Below are positions 38,433 through 50,087 of a stretch of 64,000 bases of DNA, one piece after another (position 1 is the stretch's first letter; the number at the start of each line of letters is the position of its first letter). The position numbers and the translations under genes are program-made. The stretch covers positions 116,684,001-116,748,000 of the forward strand of contig NC_042997.1 in assembly GCF_006345805.1 (NCBI RefSeq), given 5' to 3'. The stretch comes from Octopus sinensis. Lineage: Eukaryota. Under the pieces are notes generated by a model, which saw only the letters and a program-made list of their open reading frames with translations, made no database searches and was not told the DNA's origin.

Positions 38433-39803
38433 AGTAGAGAAAAAAACGTCTTTGGACCATTGATAAGAAGTTTGCAAAAACACTACCCAAGATATATCTT
38501 CAGTTTCATAGCTATTATTCTTGTTGGAACAAAATGATATGTAATAACCTGCTTGCAGCTATATATGAATGATCCTGGCTTCTTGCAGGAGAAAATGTAA
38601 CTCCTTAATTCATACTCTACAAATGATAACGATATATGGAGCAATAGATATCTTCAATACCTTCATAAGATGTAAAGGATGAACAAAACAAGATTCGCTC
38701 CTTCACAATGTTGTTAGCAATCAGATTTCTAATCAAAATGAACCCTAAATTAAAAAAAAAAAGGGAAGAAAACATACATACCATAAACTACATGTTAATA
38801 ACTATGGGGCATTTGGCAGTATTTAAAATCTCATTGAATATTAAACTAAATGAAGTCATACAAATTGAATTATATCTACAATAATCCCACGACTATCGCG
38901 ATAGGTGAAAACCTGCAAATTAGAAACTGTACTGCATAAATAATAATTATTATTTTTATAATTTGTATATATTTATTTTATTATAAATGCAAAACAACAC
39001 CACAGAGGAATCGAGGTAAGCTTAAATAATAAACTGCAATGGGTAAACCTCGATATAGCGAGAAATTACAGTATATATTAGGCTCCGCTATTAGTTGATA
39101 AAATCGGCACTGTCCAATGTAAGCATTCAGATGTTTAACGACCAATAAACTACTGGAGAAGAATAGAGAATAACAGTAAGCTCTCTGGAAAGCGGTTTTT
39201 AATTTTCATTTATAGGCAGTTTGACTTACATCGATAATACTTATGAGAGAAGCAAGAACATCAAACAGTTTCCAGACTTCTTGCCGATCTACGAAATTGA
39301 ACAATAATATCTAGCTGCAGCCATGGAAATTCTATGGTTATTTCGAAAACTAAAAAATTGTTGAAAAAGGGAGCCGTGAAATATGTTTGTTTTGAAACGG
39401 TATTTTTTTTCTGAGGCGTCTGATTTTAGAAAAGGTGTGAAGTCCACATAGATAGCATTGTAGCAGCAGTCATAGAAGAGAACATTTTTGAAGGCTACAT
39501 TCCTTGTTATACTCTTCTCACCTTTTCGACACTGAAACGTGTTGCTTACTATTTTTATTTCCACTTACGTGAAGTGAATGCCCTTCGGAAACAGCTATGC
39601 ACAACTTGCCGTAATTAAAATGTTAAAATTATTGAAAGTGTGTCGAAAGGATAATGTACATAGCTAGTTCTAGAAACTATTTTAACTGTGGAATGGAATC
39701 GAAGATATGGTCCTATTCTGCTACAGTGCCACGACACAGGCAAGGCTTAAGCATATCTTTATACGTTGTAAAACATCCTTATTTTAATATCAGAATACAC
39801 ATA

Positions 39804-40016
39804 TGGCGGCGAGCTGGCAGAAACGATAGCACGCCGGACGATAATGCGTAGCCGTATTTCGTCTGTCGCTATGTTCTGAGTTCAAATTCCGCCGAGTTCG
39901 ACTTTGCCTTTCATCCTTTCGGGGTCGATAAATTAAGTATCAGTTGTATTTTGGAGTCGATGTAATCGACTGGCCCCTCCCCACAAATATATGACCTAGT
40001 GCCTAGAGTAGAAAAG
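39804..40016 (+). mobile_element. SINE family A, short-tail variant, with 18-bp target-site duplication
   Basis: AATATCAGAATACACATA at 39786-39803 and 40017-40034. Confidence 0.92.
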
Positions 40017-40399
40017 AATATCAGAATACACATACATGCAGATAGTTAGATAGATAGACACACTTATATATGTTTTACACACACACATGAATACGGATAT
40101 ATACACATACATACGTCATATTTGATTTTGTGAGTATAATACAGTTTTTATACCCGATAGCAGACAAATATTACATGTGATTTTTTAAATACAACTGTGG
40201 AATAATTTCATTAGTTTCAATTTCCGTGAGATAATTAAATTTAGGGATTCACTTATGGTTTACTCATCGTCGTGATAAACCATCGCCAATTTCCTCAGAT
40301 TTTATCGAATCTTATCTGAAAAATTTTGGGATTGATTAAAGTCCAGATATGTATAAAGAGGAGGATACAGTTGAAAATAATAATAATTTTAACCAAAAT

Positions 40400-40875
40400 C
40401 GTGTGGTGAAAAGCTTGCTTCTCAACCACGTAATTTTGGGTTTAGTTCCACTACGTGGCGCCTTGAGCAAGAGTATTTTACTATCGCCTTGGGCCAACCA
40501 AAGCCATGTGAGTAGATTTGGTTGACAGAAACTGGAAGAAGCCCATCGGGAGTATATATAGATATATATAAAAGGTTTGGATACAGCATTTTACTCTTAC
40601 ATGCTAAACCTTAATTCCTTAATTCTAAATTTGACTTATATAAGTACATATATATTTGTGTGTCTGTGTGTCTTTGTCCCCCACCACAGTTTGACAACTG
40701 GTGTCGGTGTGTTTACGTCCCGGTAACCTAGCGGTTAAGCAAAAGAGACTGATATAATAAGTACCAGGCTTTAAAAAATAGGTTCTGGGAGCCATTTATT
40801 CGACTACATTTCTCTAAGGTGGTGCCTCAGCATGGCCGCAGTCTAATGATTGAAAAAAGTAAAAGATAAAATACA
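40400..40875 (+). mobile_element. Older SINE family B copy
   Basis: Degenerate family B motifs (CCACTACGTGGCGCCTTGAGCAAG, GGTGCCTCAGCATGGCCGCAGTC). Confidence 0.8.
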
Positions 40876-41045
40876 AAATATATTTCGAATGAACGGCATG
40901 ATGCCACCGAATGGGAATTGATCATAGAACATATATTCTATGATAATTGACCATCACCAACTTCTTGGGATTTTGTCTGAATAATTTCTTCGATTGACTT
41001 TCCTTTAAACGTTTGGCATATAAAGTGTATTGATGCGATAAGTGA

Positions 41046-41160
41046 AGCGCATGCCTCATTGGTTAGAGATATTCTACTCATGATCGTAAGGCCGGGAGTT
41101 CGATTCCTGGCGGTTTGTTGTATCCTTGTGCAAGACACACTTTCTTCCATGATGCTCTAT
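41046..41160 (+). mobile_element. SINE family C head
   Basis: GCGCATGCCTCATTGGTTAGAG...GGAGTTCGATTCC...TATCCTTGTGCAAGACAC. Confidence 0.65.
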
Positions 41161-41679
41161 ACATTTACTAAAATGGGATCTGATTGAGATAACCGTTTCA
41201 GCCATCCATGATTGCACTTCAGGTGAAAGGCATCGTCAAAACGAGCAAGACTCGATCCCAGGACATAAGTACCTTGATGATAGACCATTAGAATGTCAAT
41301 TGGATTCCGGAATTCCCTCAGCACCTGAAGTTTTCTCACAGTTTACTTGTTTTGTGACGTGAATGGATGGATGGATCTACGTCGTTCGATGACGAGGATT
41401 CAGCTCTTTGGTCAACTAAATTTCCTGCTCATTGAATCAACGTGTTGAGTATTCCATATATTGTGTAGTGTTGAGGTAATTCTCAGAAAGAATCAGTATG
41501 AAACAGTGTACCTTTAAATTACACATACGTTCTTCAAACGGTATATTTAATCCGGCGCCGTGCTGTTCCAGCCAATTCACCATTCTCTAACATCTCACTC
41601 TTATGTTCTTACCGTGAGTAACCGTAGCGGACAGGGTTTTATTTTATCAGTATACATACGCAACTCGAGGATATATAAT

Positions 41680-42264
41680 CCTTTCTACTATGGGCACAAG
41701 GCCTGGATTTTGAGGGGAAGGGGACAATCCATCACATCGACCTTAGTACTTGACCCGTACTTAATTTATCGACCCTGAAATGGATGAAAGGCAAAGTCGA
41801 CCTCGGCGGAATTTGATCTCAGAACGTAGCGATAGACAAAATACCTATTTATTTACTACCCACAAGGGGCTAAACACAGAGGGGAGAAACAAGGACAGAC
41901 AAACGGATTAAGTCGATTACTTCGACCCCAGTGCGTAACTGGTACTTATTTAATCGACCCCGAAAGGATGAAAGGCAAAGTCTACTTTGGCGAAATTTGA
42001 ACTCAGAACGTAGCGGCAGACGAAATACCTATTTCTTTATTACCCACAAGGGGCCAAACACAGAGGGGACAAACAAGGACAGACATAGGTATTAAGTCGA
42101 TTACATCGACCCCAAGTGCGCAACTGGTACTTAATTTATCGACCCCGAAAGGATGAAAGGCAAAGTCGACCTCGGCGGAATTTGAACTCACAACGTAACG
42201 CAGACGAAATACCGCTAAGCATTTCGCCCAGCGTGCTAACGTTTCTGCCAGCTCGTTACCTTGG
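41680..42264 (-). mobile_element. Trimeric family A SINE inserted as one unit
   Basis: One tRNA-like head plus three body units; 17-bp TSD ACTCGAGGATATATAAT at 41663-41679 and 42265-42281. Confidence 0.9.
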
Positions 42265-42319
42265 ACTCGAGGATATATAATGCAAATATCTTGTTTTAAC
42301 ATTATTTATCGCATCAATA

Positions 42320-42530
42320 AGGCGATGAGTTAGCAGAATTGCTAGCACGCCGGGCAACATGCTTAGCAGCATTTCGTCTGTCTTTATGATCTGAGTTCAA
42401 ATTCCGCCGAGGTCGGCTTTGCTTTCATCCTTTCGGGGTCAATAAAATAAGTACCGTTGATCACTGAGGTCAATGTAATCAACTTACTCCCTCCCTCAAA
42501 ATTGCTGGCTTTGTGCCACAAATTCGAAAC
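42320..42530 (+). mobile_element. SINE family A, short-tail variant
   Basis: GCGATGAGTTAGCAGAATTGCTAGCACGCCGGGC...TTCAAATTCCGCCGAGG. Confidence 0.8.
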
Positions 42531-42544
42531 CATTATTTATGGCA

Positions 42545-42840
42545 CCATAAGCTGGCATTCTGTCAGTTACAACGATGATCATTCCAGCTGATCCGATCAA
42601 CGGATCAGCCTGCTCGTCAAATTAGCGTGCAAGTGGCTGAGTCAGCCACAAACATGCGTATCCTTAACGTAGTAGTCAGAGAGTTTCAGCGTGACACTGA
42701 AGATTTGCCCTTTGAAATACAGATACTTCTCATTTTTTTTACAACCGAGTTAACTGGAGAAGCATGAAATAAAGTGTCTTGCATAAGGATACAACACACC
42801 ATTAGGAATCGACATTACGATTGTAAGTGGAATATCTCTA
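42545..42840 (-). mobile_element. SINE with family C head and a different body
   Basis: CTGGAGAAGCATGAAATAAAGTGTCTTGCATAAGGATACAAC is the reverse complement of the family C motif; hairpin GCTGATCCG-ATCAA-CGGATCAGC. Confidence 0.65.
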
Positions 42841-43175
42841 AGCAATAAGGTATGCTCCTTCACTTATCACATCAATACACTTTATATGCCAAACATTTAA
42901 GAGCAACTTATAATCAGAACATTTGGTAATATCGTTAAGGATATCGAGGGTGCTGTAACAATCGAGTATATCAATTCTAGATACTTTACAGCTAATTCGT
43001 TTTATCGGCCCCAGAAGAATGACAGCTAAAACTGACTTCAGCGGGATTTGAACTCGGAACCTAAAGAGAAGCAGCAATTTACCGCAAGTCATATTGTACG
43101 ATGCTATGTAGTTTCTATCACTTCATCGTCCTTAAAACTTCCTGTAAAAATCAACAGCAGAAGCCATAATAATTA

Positions 43176-43405
43176 GGCGGCGAGCTGGCAGAATCGTTAG
43201 GACGCCAGGCGAAATGCGTAGCCGTATTTCGCCTGCCGTTACGTTCTGAGTTCAAATTTCGCCGAGGTCGACTTTGCCTTTCATGCTTTCGGGGTCGATA
43301 AATTAAGTACCAGTCGCGCTCTGGGGTCGATGTAATCGACTTAATCCCTTTGTCTGTCCTTGTTTGTCCTCTCTGTGTTTAGCCCCTTGTGGTAATAAAG
43401 AAATA
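43176..43405 (+). mobile_element. SINE family A monomer, full length
   Basis: GGCGGCGAGCTGGCAGAATCGTTAG...GGTAATAAAGAAATA; AGAAGCCATA on both flanks (probable TSD). Confidence 0.92.
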
Positions 43406-43521
43406 AGAAGCCATAGCAATGATAATAACGAAGAACTACGTGTAATCCCGATAATTATAAACGACATCGATAGGCAGTTATGGTTATGTTGCTTTATAAA
43501 TTTCAGTATTTAGTTGAGTGT

Positions 43522-43810
43522 GGAGGTGCGTGGCCTAGTGGTTAGAGTGTTGCATTCACGTCATAAGATCATGGTCTCTATTCCCGTATTGACTGGTGCG
43601 TTGTGTTTCTTCATAAAGCACTTCATTTCACGTTGCTCTACGATCACTTTGGCATCTTACGCGTGGCACAACAGGCACTTCTATAGGCAGTTTCATGGAG
43701 GAAGTGAGTTAATATGCGACCCAGCCGTTTGATCACTATAAACAAACTGTCTGTGAAGGGTGTTCAGTAAGAAATTGCAGAACCCTTATATTTCGTTTAC
43801 TACAGCAGAG
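43522..43810 (+). mobile_element. SINE family C, diverged
   Basis: GGTGCGTGGCCTAGTGGTTAGAG...GTTGTGTTTCTTCATAAAGCACTTCATTTCACGTTGCT. Confidence 0.7.
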
Positions 43811-44052
43811 TCCCCCCACTACAACCATGTACATTTAGTTGTGTCCACTTTGCATTTGGAGTCTGAATTTAATAAAGTGCCTGGTTTGTAATGATGTGGA
43901 TGGCTGGATATCCGTTGATGAAGACTCGTTGTTTGATCAACTGAATTAAGGTGTAACTGGCTGAGCATCCGCACAACAAACGTTACAAGTTGTATGACAA
44001 TGTTGTACCTTTGAATTACGAGCACAATTTATCCGAGGGTGTACTATACAAT

Positions 44053-44641
44053 TTCTTATTTCTTTACTGCCCACAAGGGGCTACACACAGAGGGGACAAA
44101 CAAGGACAGACTAACAGATTAAGTCGATTATATTGACCGTAGTGCGTAACTGGTACTTATTTAATCGACCCCGAAAGAATGAAAGGCGAAGTCGACCTCG
44201 GCAGAATTTGAACTCAGAACGTAGCAGCAGTATCAGCAGAGGCAGCAGCAGCAGCAGCAGTAGCAGAAGTCGTAGTAGTAGTAGTAAAGACAAATATTTC
44301 GTAGATGCAATATGTTATTATCTCTATGTTGTAATTTTAGCTGAAAGGATGAAAGGCAAAGTCGACCTGGGCAGAATTTGAACTCAGAACGTAGCGGCAG
44401 ACTAAATACCTATTTCTTTATTACCCACAAGGGGCTAAACACAGAGAATACAAACAAGGACAGACAAAGGGATTAAGTCGATTACATCGACGCCAGTGCG
44501 TAACTGGTGCTTATTTAATCGACCCCGAAAGCATGAAAGGTAAAGTCGACCTCGGCGAAATTTGAACCAGAACGTAACGACAGACGAAATACGGCTACGC
44601 ATTTCGCCCGGCGTGCTAACGTTTCTGCCAGCTCGCCGCCT
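44053..44641 (-). mobile_element. Multimeric family A SINE cluster with an internal (GCA/GTA)n-bearing insert
   Basis: Repeated body units; the 44270-44345 insert is shared (inverted) with 57295-57420. Confidence 0.8.
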
Positions 44642-45852
44642 TCTGTTTCAAAATATAAAATTCACACTGGATAATGTTGTTTTACAAACAATACGTTTTA
44701 GAAACAGAAGACGAAATGGTTACCTCTGGAACGTTTCTAATCATCGGTCTATACGACCAGGGCTAACAGTCAGGTATACAACAATAAGAAAAACGGGTCA
44801 ACGAAATAACGAACGATGACGTTGCTTCTATGTAGTCAGGTAAACTACAAGAAATAACAAGCAAATCTCTATTAAATCACAACCTACTAACCTTAAGAGA
44901 AGGTACAGTGTTGTGTAAATTTGAGATAATTTATCGAAAAACAGAATGGCCATAGTTATAATATCACTGAATATAGATCTATTCGATCGGGCTTATCCGT
45001 GCCTAAACAACCATGACAAGAACAACACCTTCACAGAAGTCTATATTAAATACTATCTAGATCTCTCTTTCATTCATTTACCTATTTTGTCCTTCTAATA
45101 AATATTGACTTACTAACGAACGTTCGATTTGGCGCTTGTATAGGCGTGTGGATTCCAAAATGTCTGCTACTGCATTACTTTATGTGTCATTTGGTCGTAC
45201 AAGACTTTACCACCACATATTTCCTTCTATGCTTTCACCCGAGGATCCGGTTATATCCATTAATCAATGATTTTGTATTCTACTGTACAACATTCAGCTC
45301 TACTTCAAACAGATAGAAAACATGTCCAAGTACAGCAAATAAATGTGTTGCTCAGATGAAAGAATGTCGATTGCTCCTATCAAATATATCTAATGATCTA
45401 GATAATATATGCAAAGATATAAATATATAAACACACACATGTATATGTATATACATATATATTCACATTTATATTTTTATATTTTTATAACAAGTTATAA
45501 TATTTTTGTTATATATTTATATAAATGTTATATATTTGCATATCTATGTATCACATATACATTATATCATATTATATACTATAAAATAATTCACATAAAT
45601 AGAATATGTGATATTGATATCGAGTTATATTACTTGTAAAGAATTTACACAAATAAAAGAAAAACGTATGCAACGCAGATTTAGAGTAAATAATATGTAT
45701 CGATATAATCTTGATACAACATAGAATATAGTTACTCGGAGATTTTTTATCTGCTTTATTTCATATAATCATTTGCTGATCGTCTGGAATAATCTAGATT
45801 TATGAAACTGAGTAACATTGTTCCAGGTTGTGCTACCAGAATTACGTTAATG

Positions 45853-45854
<2 letters not shown>

Positions 45855-45927
<73 letters not shown>

Positions 45928-46057
45928 CCTATCTACCTACCTACCTACTACCTACCTACCTACCTATCTTCTATCTATCTATCTATCTATCTATCTACTA
46001 TCTATCTATCTATCTATCTCTTCTTACTACCTACTACTACCTACCTACCTATCTATC

Positions 46058-46088
<31 letters not shown>

Positions 46089-46120
46089 CCTATCTACCTA
46101 CCTACCACCTACCTACCTAC

Positions 46121-46171
<51 letters not shown>

Positions 46172-46256
46172 CCTACCTACCTACCTACCTACCTATCTAT
46201 CTATCTATTTATCTACCTATCTACCTACCTACCTACCTACCTACCTACCTACCTAC

Positions 46257-46290
<34 letters not shown>

Positions 46291-46375
46291 CCTACCTACC
46301 TACCTACCTACCTACCTACCTATCTATCTATCTATCTATCTATCTACCTATCTACCTACCTACCTACCTACCTAC

Positions 46376-46418
<43 letters not shown>

Positions 46419-46447
46419 CCTACCTACCTACCTACCAACCTACCTAC

Positions 46448-46488
<41 letters not shown>

Positions 46489-46523
46489 GATCTACCTACC
46501 TACCTACCTACCTACCTACCTAC

Positions 46524-46564
<41 letters not shown>

Positions 46565-46622
46565 ATCTATCTATCTATCTATCTATCTGTCTACCTACCT
46601 ACCTACCTACATACCTACCTAC

Positions 46623-46655
<33 letters not shown>

Positions 46656-46665
46656 AATCTATCTA
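45855..46665. repeat. ~810-bp compound (TATC)n/(TACC)n microsatellite
   Basis: Direct reading; source of the 308-aa and 303-aa pseudo-ORFs. Confidence 0.97.
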
Positions 46666-46673
46666 CACACACA

Positions 46674-46707
<34 letters not shown>

Positions 46708-47984
46708 AGCACATTCCAGAAGTTTTGAGACATTTTTAGGATCGACAGTTATAACTGTCCCAGATTATTGTAATTTTAGTATATCATTACTATCTATTAG
46801 ATAAACTGACCTACCAATTGTTGTTACCATAAGTTGAAGGAGACGGCTGTAACAGCACTTTGAACACACTCTACTAAACACTGCTTGTTACAGGTGACTA
46901 GTTTGAAGAATGCAGTCGGGACGTGAAAACAATTTCGAAGTTCCCTATGTTATAAAGTTTTGTATGGAAGTGGGCAAAAACACTACAGGATCTTACGAAA
47001 TGCTGTTTATGGATTAACTTGTATGAGCATTGTGTCTGTTTTTCTCTGACACAAGAGGTACAAAGACGTTAGAGAGGAGGTGAGAGATGATGAACTGTTG
47101 GGGGTGGGGGGAGATGTCAGAACATTAGAACTGTTTGAGATTTTCTGGATGAATTTTGTCGTGTGTCTATAACAACGATAAGAATACAGTTTGGAGTTGG
47201 TGTGGCAACACGACACAGAGTTATTCATGAAGATCTGAATATGCACAAAATATATATGAGAGATTGTCAGCGCACGCTGATATACACACGCACACACTCA
47301 CCATACATCAAATATTATGCCTTGTAATTCCTTTTCTTTTTTTCTTTTTTTTTTTCGTTTACCGTGTACTTCTTTCATTCATATTGGGGCACTTACCTTG
47401 CAAAACTCTAGTCTTTGAAATTTGGTATTTCTTCCATCGGTTCTTTTGCCGAACCGCTATGTTAGGGGATGTAAACACACCAACACTGGTTATTAAGCTG
47501 TTCGTAGGGGACAAACACAGACACAAAGACACACATAATTATATATATTTGTATGTACATTGCACACACACACATGTACATACACACATAATAAACATGT
47601 TTATATATTCGGTGTATTCCAAACGTATCTTGATGTAATTCTTGTATTGTTCTTTGTACACCCTGATGATTTTCGATACAAGGTAGTTAAAATGCAAAAT
47701 TGTATATTTATGTATGTTTTGTAATTTTAATTTTGTTTATGAAACATAACAATTGTAGGTGAATATGTTGATTAATCAATTAATTAATTTGGATCCATTA
47801 GATCTCTCTGTTTTCCAACCCGATAATAATGTTTGATATTTTACAATATTTCTTATACTATATTCATTGAAGAAATATCCCTTCAATATTTAATATATTA
47901 AACCAGTGTATCTAGGATAAAATATCCCTATAAGGGGTTTAAATGTCCTCATTGCGAATATATATATATATATATTACGAAGAT

Positions 47985-48200
47985 GTACGTGCATAGTAAA
48001 TGACCTGATCTGAGATCGTGTGCTGGAACGAAAATAATTGCAGCGTGGAAGGTGTTTATAAGTCATTTAAGAAACACAAAAACCGTTAGATTCACTTCAA
48101 CATTAAAATTTAATTTGTCAAAGCATTTTCGTCGCTTTGATACTGCGACTTGTTCACTGACAAAATTCCACGCTGCGTCTGAGAAAGTAACAGTTAGTTC
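47985..48200 (-). mobile_element. Short microsatellite-flanked element with a hammerhead-like fold
   Basis: Between TA and TATG tracts; 11-bp inverted repeat 48040-48050/48166-48176; HHR-like 48114-48164. Confidence 0.5.
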
Positions 48201-48642
48201 ATGAAATATATGTACGTATGTATGTGTGTATGTATGTATGCATGTATGCATGTATGTATGTATGTATGCATGTATGTATGTATATATGTATGTATATATG
48301 TATGGCAGGTCATATATGTATGTATATATGTATATATGTATATATGTATATAATTAAAATCACAATAAGGGTGAAAAAAATTGAATATTAATTAATAACA
48401 TCAATTTAAAACACCAAGTGGCCTAGCGTATAAAAAGACTGGGATACAGTAAAAATTATTAATACAAGTAATAAGAGAGAGACCACGTGTGGTCATTCTA
48501 ACGCTAGATATAGATCCGCAAAGGGAATCCACCACTAAAGAATTGTTCTCAAGCATTAATTCAACTCGCCAACAATGTAAGCGAGCAGGACAAATGAAAA
48601 ATAACGAAAAAATAGATTAACTCTAATTATATTTTTTGATAA

Positions 48643-48717
48643 ACTCTACTGAAGATTCGAAAATGATTATGTAAGTAAAATTACACAATCTATTAACGAT
48701 GAAACAATTGTAGAGTT
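48643..48717 (+). ncRNA. Hammerhead copy 1, lacking 2 nt (TA) at the cleavage site
   Basis: ACTCTA-CTGAAGA...CGAT-GAAAC-AATT-G-[TA missing]-TAGAGT. Confidence 0.6.
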
Positions 48718-49167
48718 AATTCATTTTTTTGTTATTTTTCATTTGTCCTACTCGCTTACATTCTTGGCGTGTTGAATTAATGCTTGAGAACAATTCTTTA
48801 GTGGTGGATTCCCTTTGCGGATCTATATCTAGCGTTAGAGTGACCACATGTGGTCTCTCTCTTATTACTTGTATTAATAATTTTTACTGTGTCCCAGTCT
48901 TTTTATACGCTAGGCCACTTGGTTTTTTAAATTGATGTTATTAATTAATATTCAATTTTGTTCACCCTTATTGTGAATTTAATTATAAATTAATATGTTC
49001 TCAAACCGGCAGTAAATTACTGGGGTAGTATTTACATCCGGTTTTTTCAACGCGCCAGAATGAGGATATTTGAACGTAACTGCAAATATAATCGGCTGTG
49101 CCGTTCGCCTTTGCTCGGCTTCGTGTGGATTTTGGCGTTCGGTTCAGCAAATTATATTTTTTGATAT

Positions 49168-49244
49168 ACTCTACTGAAGATTCGAAAATGATTATGTAGG
49201 TAAAAATTACACAATCTATTAACGATGAAACAATTGTATAGAGT
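49168..49244 (+). ncRNA. Type I hammerhead copy 2, predicted cleavage after A49238
   Basis: Stem I ACTCTA/TAGAGT; CTGAAGA 49174-49180; extended stem II (TCG/CGA, GATT/AATC, TGTA/TACA; U-U at 10.1-11.1); GAAAC-AATT-GTA with palindrome ACAATTGT. Confidence 0.75.
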
Positions 49245-49399
49245 TAATCTATTCTTTCGTTATTTTTCATTTATCCTGCTCGCTTACATTCTTGGCGTGT
49301 TGAATTAATGCTTGAGAACAATTCTTTAGTGGTGGATTCCCTTTGCGGATCTATATCTAGCGCTAGAGTGACCACATGTGGTCTCTCTCTTATTACTTG

Positions 49400-49431
<32 letters not shown>

Positions 49432-49538
49432 TGTATGTATGTATGTATGTATATATGTATGTATGTATGTATATATGTATATATGTATGTATGTATGTAT
49501 ATATGTATGTATGTATGTATATATGTATGTATGTATGT

Positions 49539-50087
49539 CAGGTCACTTTCGAGTGCTACTGGTAACATGTAACCCAGTACAACCTGTTGGATGGTCGGGT
49601 CGTCGGCGACTAAACCGGCAACCCCACCAAGCTTGCTTGGTGAGGAGGGTGTTTATTGGACACCTTGCGGGATGAAAAACTAAACCCGTCAAAGGGTGGA
49701 GGAACTCTTTAGAGTCAACGGCCATCTAATATATGTCTTAAGGCTGTATCATGCGCGCGGACATAGAAATAATCGGATTGAATACCCGATCGCGCGGTTA
49801 AACCATTGGGAGTGAAGGACTTCTAGCCTTTGTTAGGGCATCCTTCTAGGAGAAGGTAACTCAGGTAACTGGGATAACTCTGACATAAAACCTGCGGCTC
49901 AGTGGTTACCGATGATGTTGACTTGTTCTGCTTTTCGGATTATGGCTGCTGCTGCTTAGTGAGTGGGATTGACTCAGTGCACAGCGTTTCCTCACTTAAA
50001 AAAAATCTTCTTGCTCAGGCATTGCACGATAACAACATTGATTAAGCTTCGTACAATGGCCATACTCGATAACGAGGGGGCAGCCAC
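49539..50087 (+). mobile_element. Non-autonomous ~550-bp structured element, full copy 2
   Basis: Homologous to 1-440; embedded in (TATG)n; TAGGGCATCCTTCTAGGAGAAGGTAACTC resembles RTE 5'-UTR motifs as recalled. Confidence 0.75.

Larger units (their letters stand above)
48349..49402 (+). mobile_element. Non-coding PLE-pLTR/retrozyme-like element with two tandem hammerheads and an inverted 5' arm
   Basis: Inverted repeat 48349-48625/48711-48987; direct repeat 48626-48874/49151-49402; HHRs at 48643-48717 and 49168-49244; (TATG)n on both flanks; no ORF of note. Confidence 0.8.

Noticed and set aside
39289-39564. 91-aa minus-strand ORF in unique-looking DNA
   Set aside because: No recognisable motif; length expected by chance
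41680-42264. Regularly spaced repeats resembling a CRISPR array
   Set aside because: ~190-bp SINE body units without unique spacers, in eukaryotic context with no cas genes
43176-43260. tRNA-like sequences with A/B boxes (also 1076, 22537, 37464 and others)
   Set aside because: Heads of multi-copy SINEs continuing into SINE bodies; no complete cloverleaf or discrete tRNA gene
44690-44770. Minus-strand CCGATGA with 8-bp stem TTAGAAAC/GTTTCTAA
   Set aside because: GAAA and stem I are missing
45802-46739. 308-aa and 303-aa ORFs, and the many YI/MY/CV/HT/NNN-rich ORFs across the window
   Set aside because: Translations of tetra-, di- and trinucleotide microsatellites that lack stop codons by chance
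49541-49625. HDV-like ribozyme at the 5' end of the 550-bp element (GG-G-P4-CUAA-ACCGG)
   Set aside because: No P1 5' strand or 7-nt L3/P1.1 pseudoknot could be assigned; a simple nested hairpin explains the pairing
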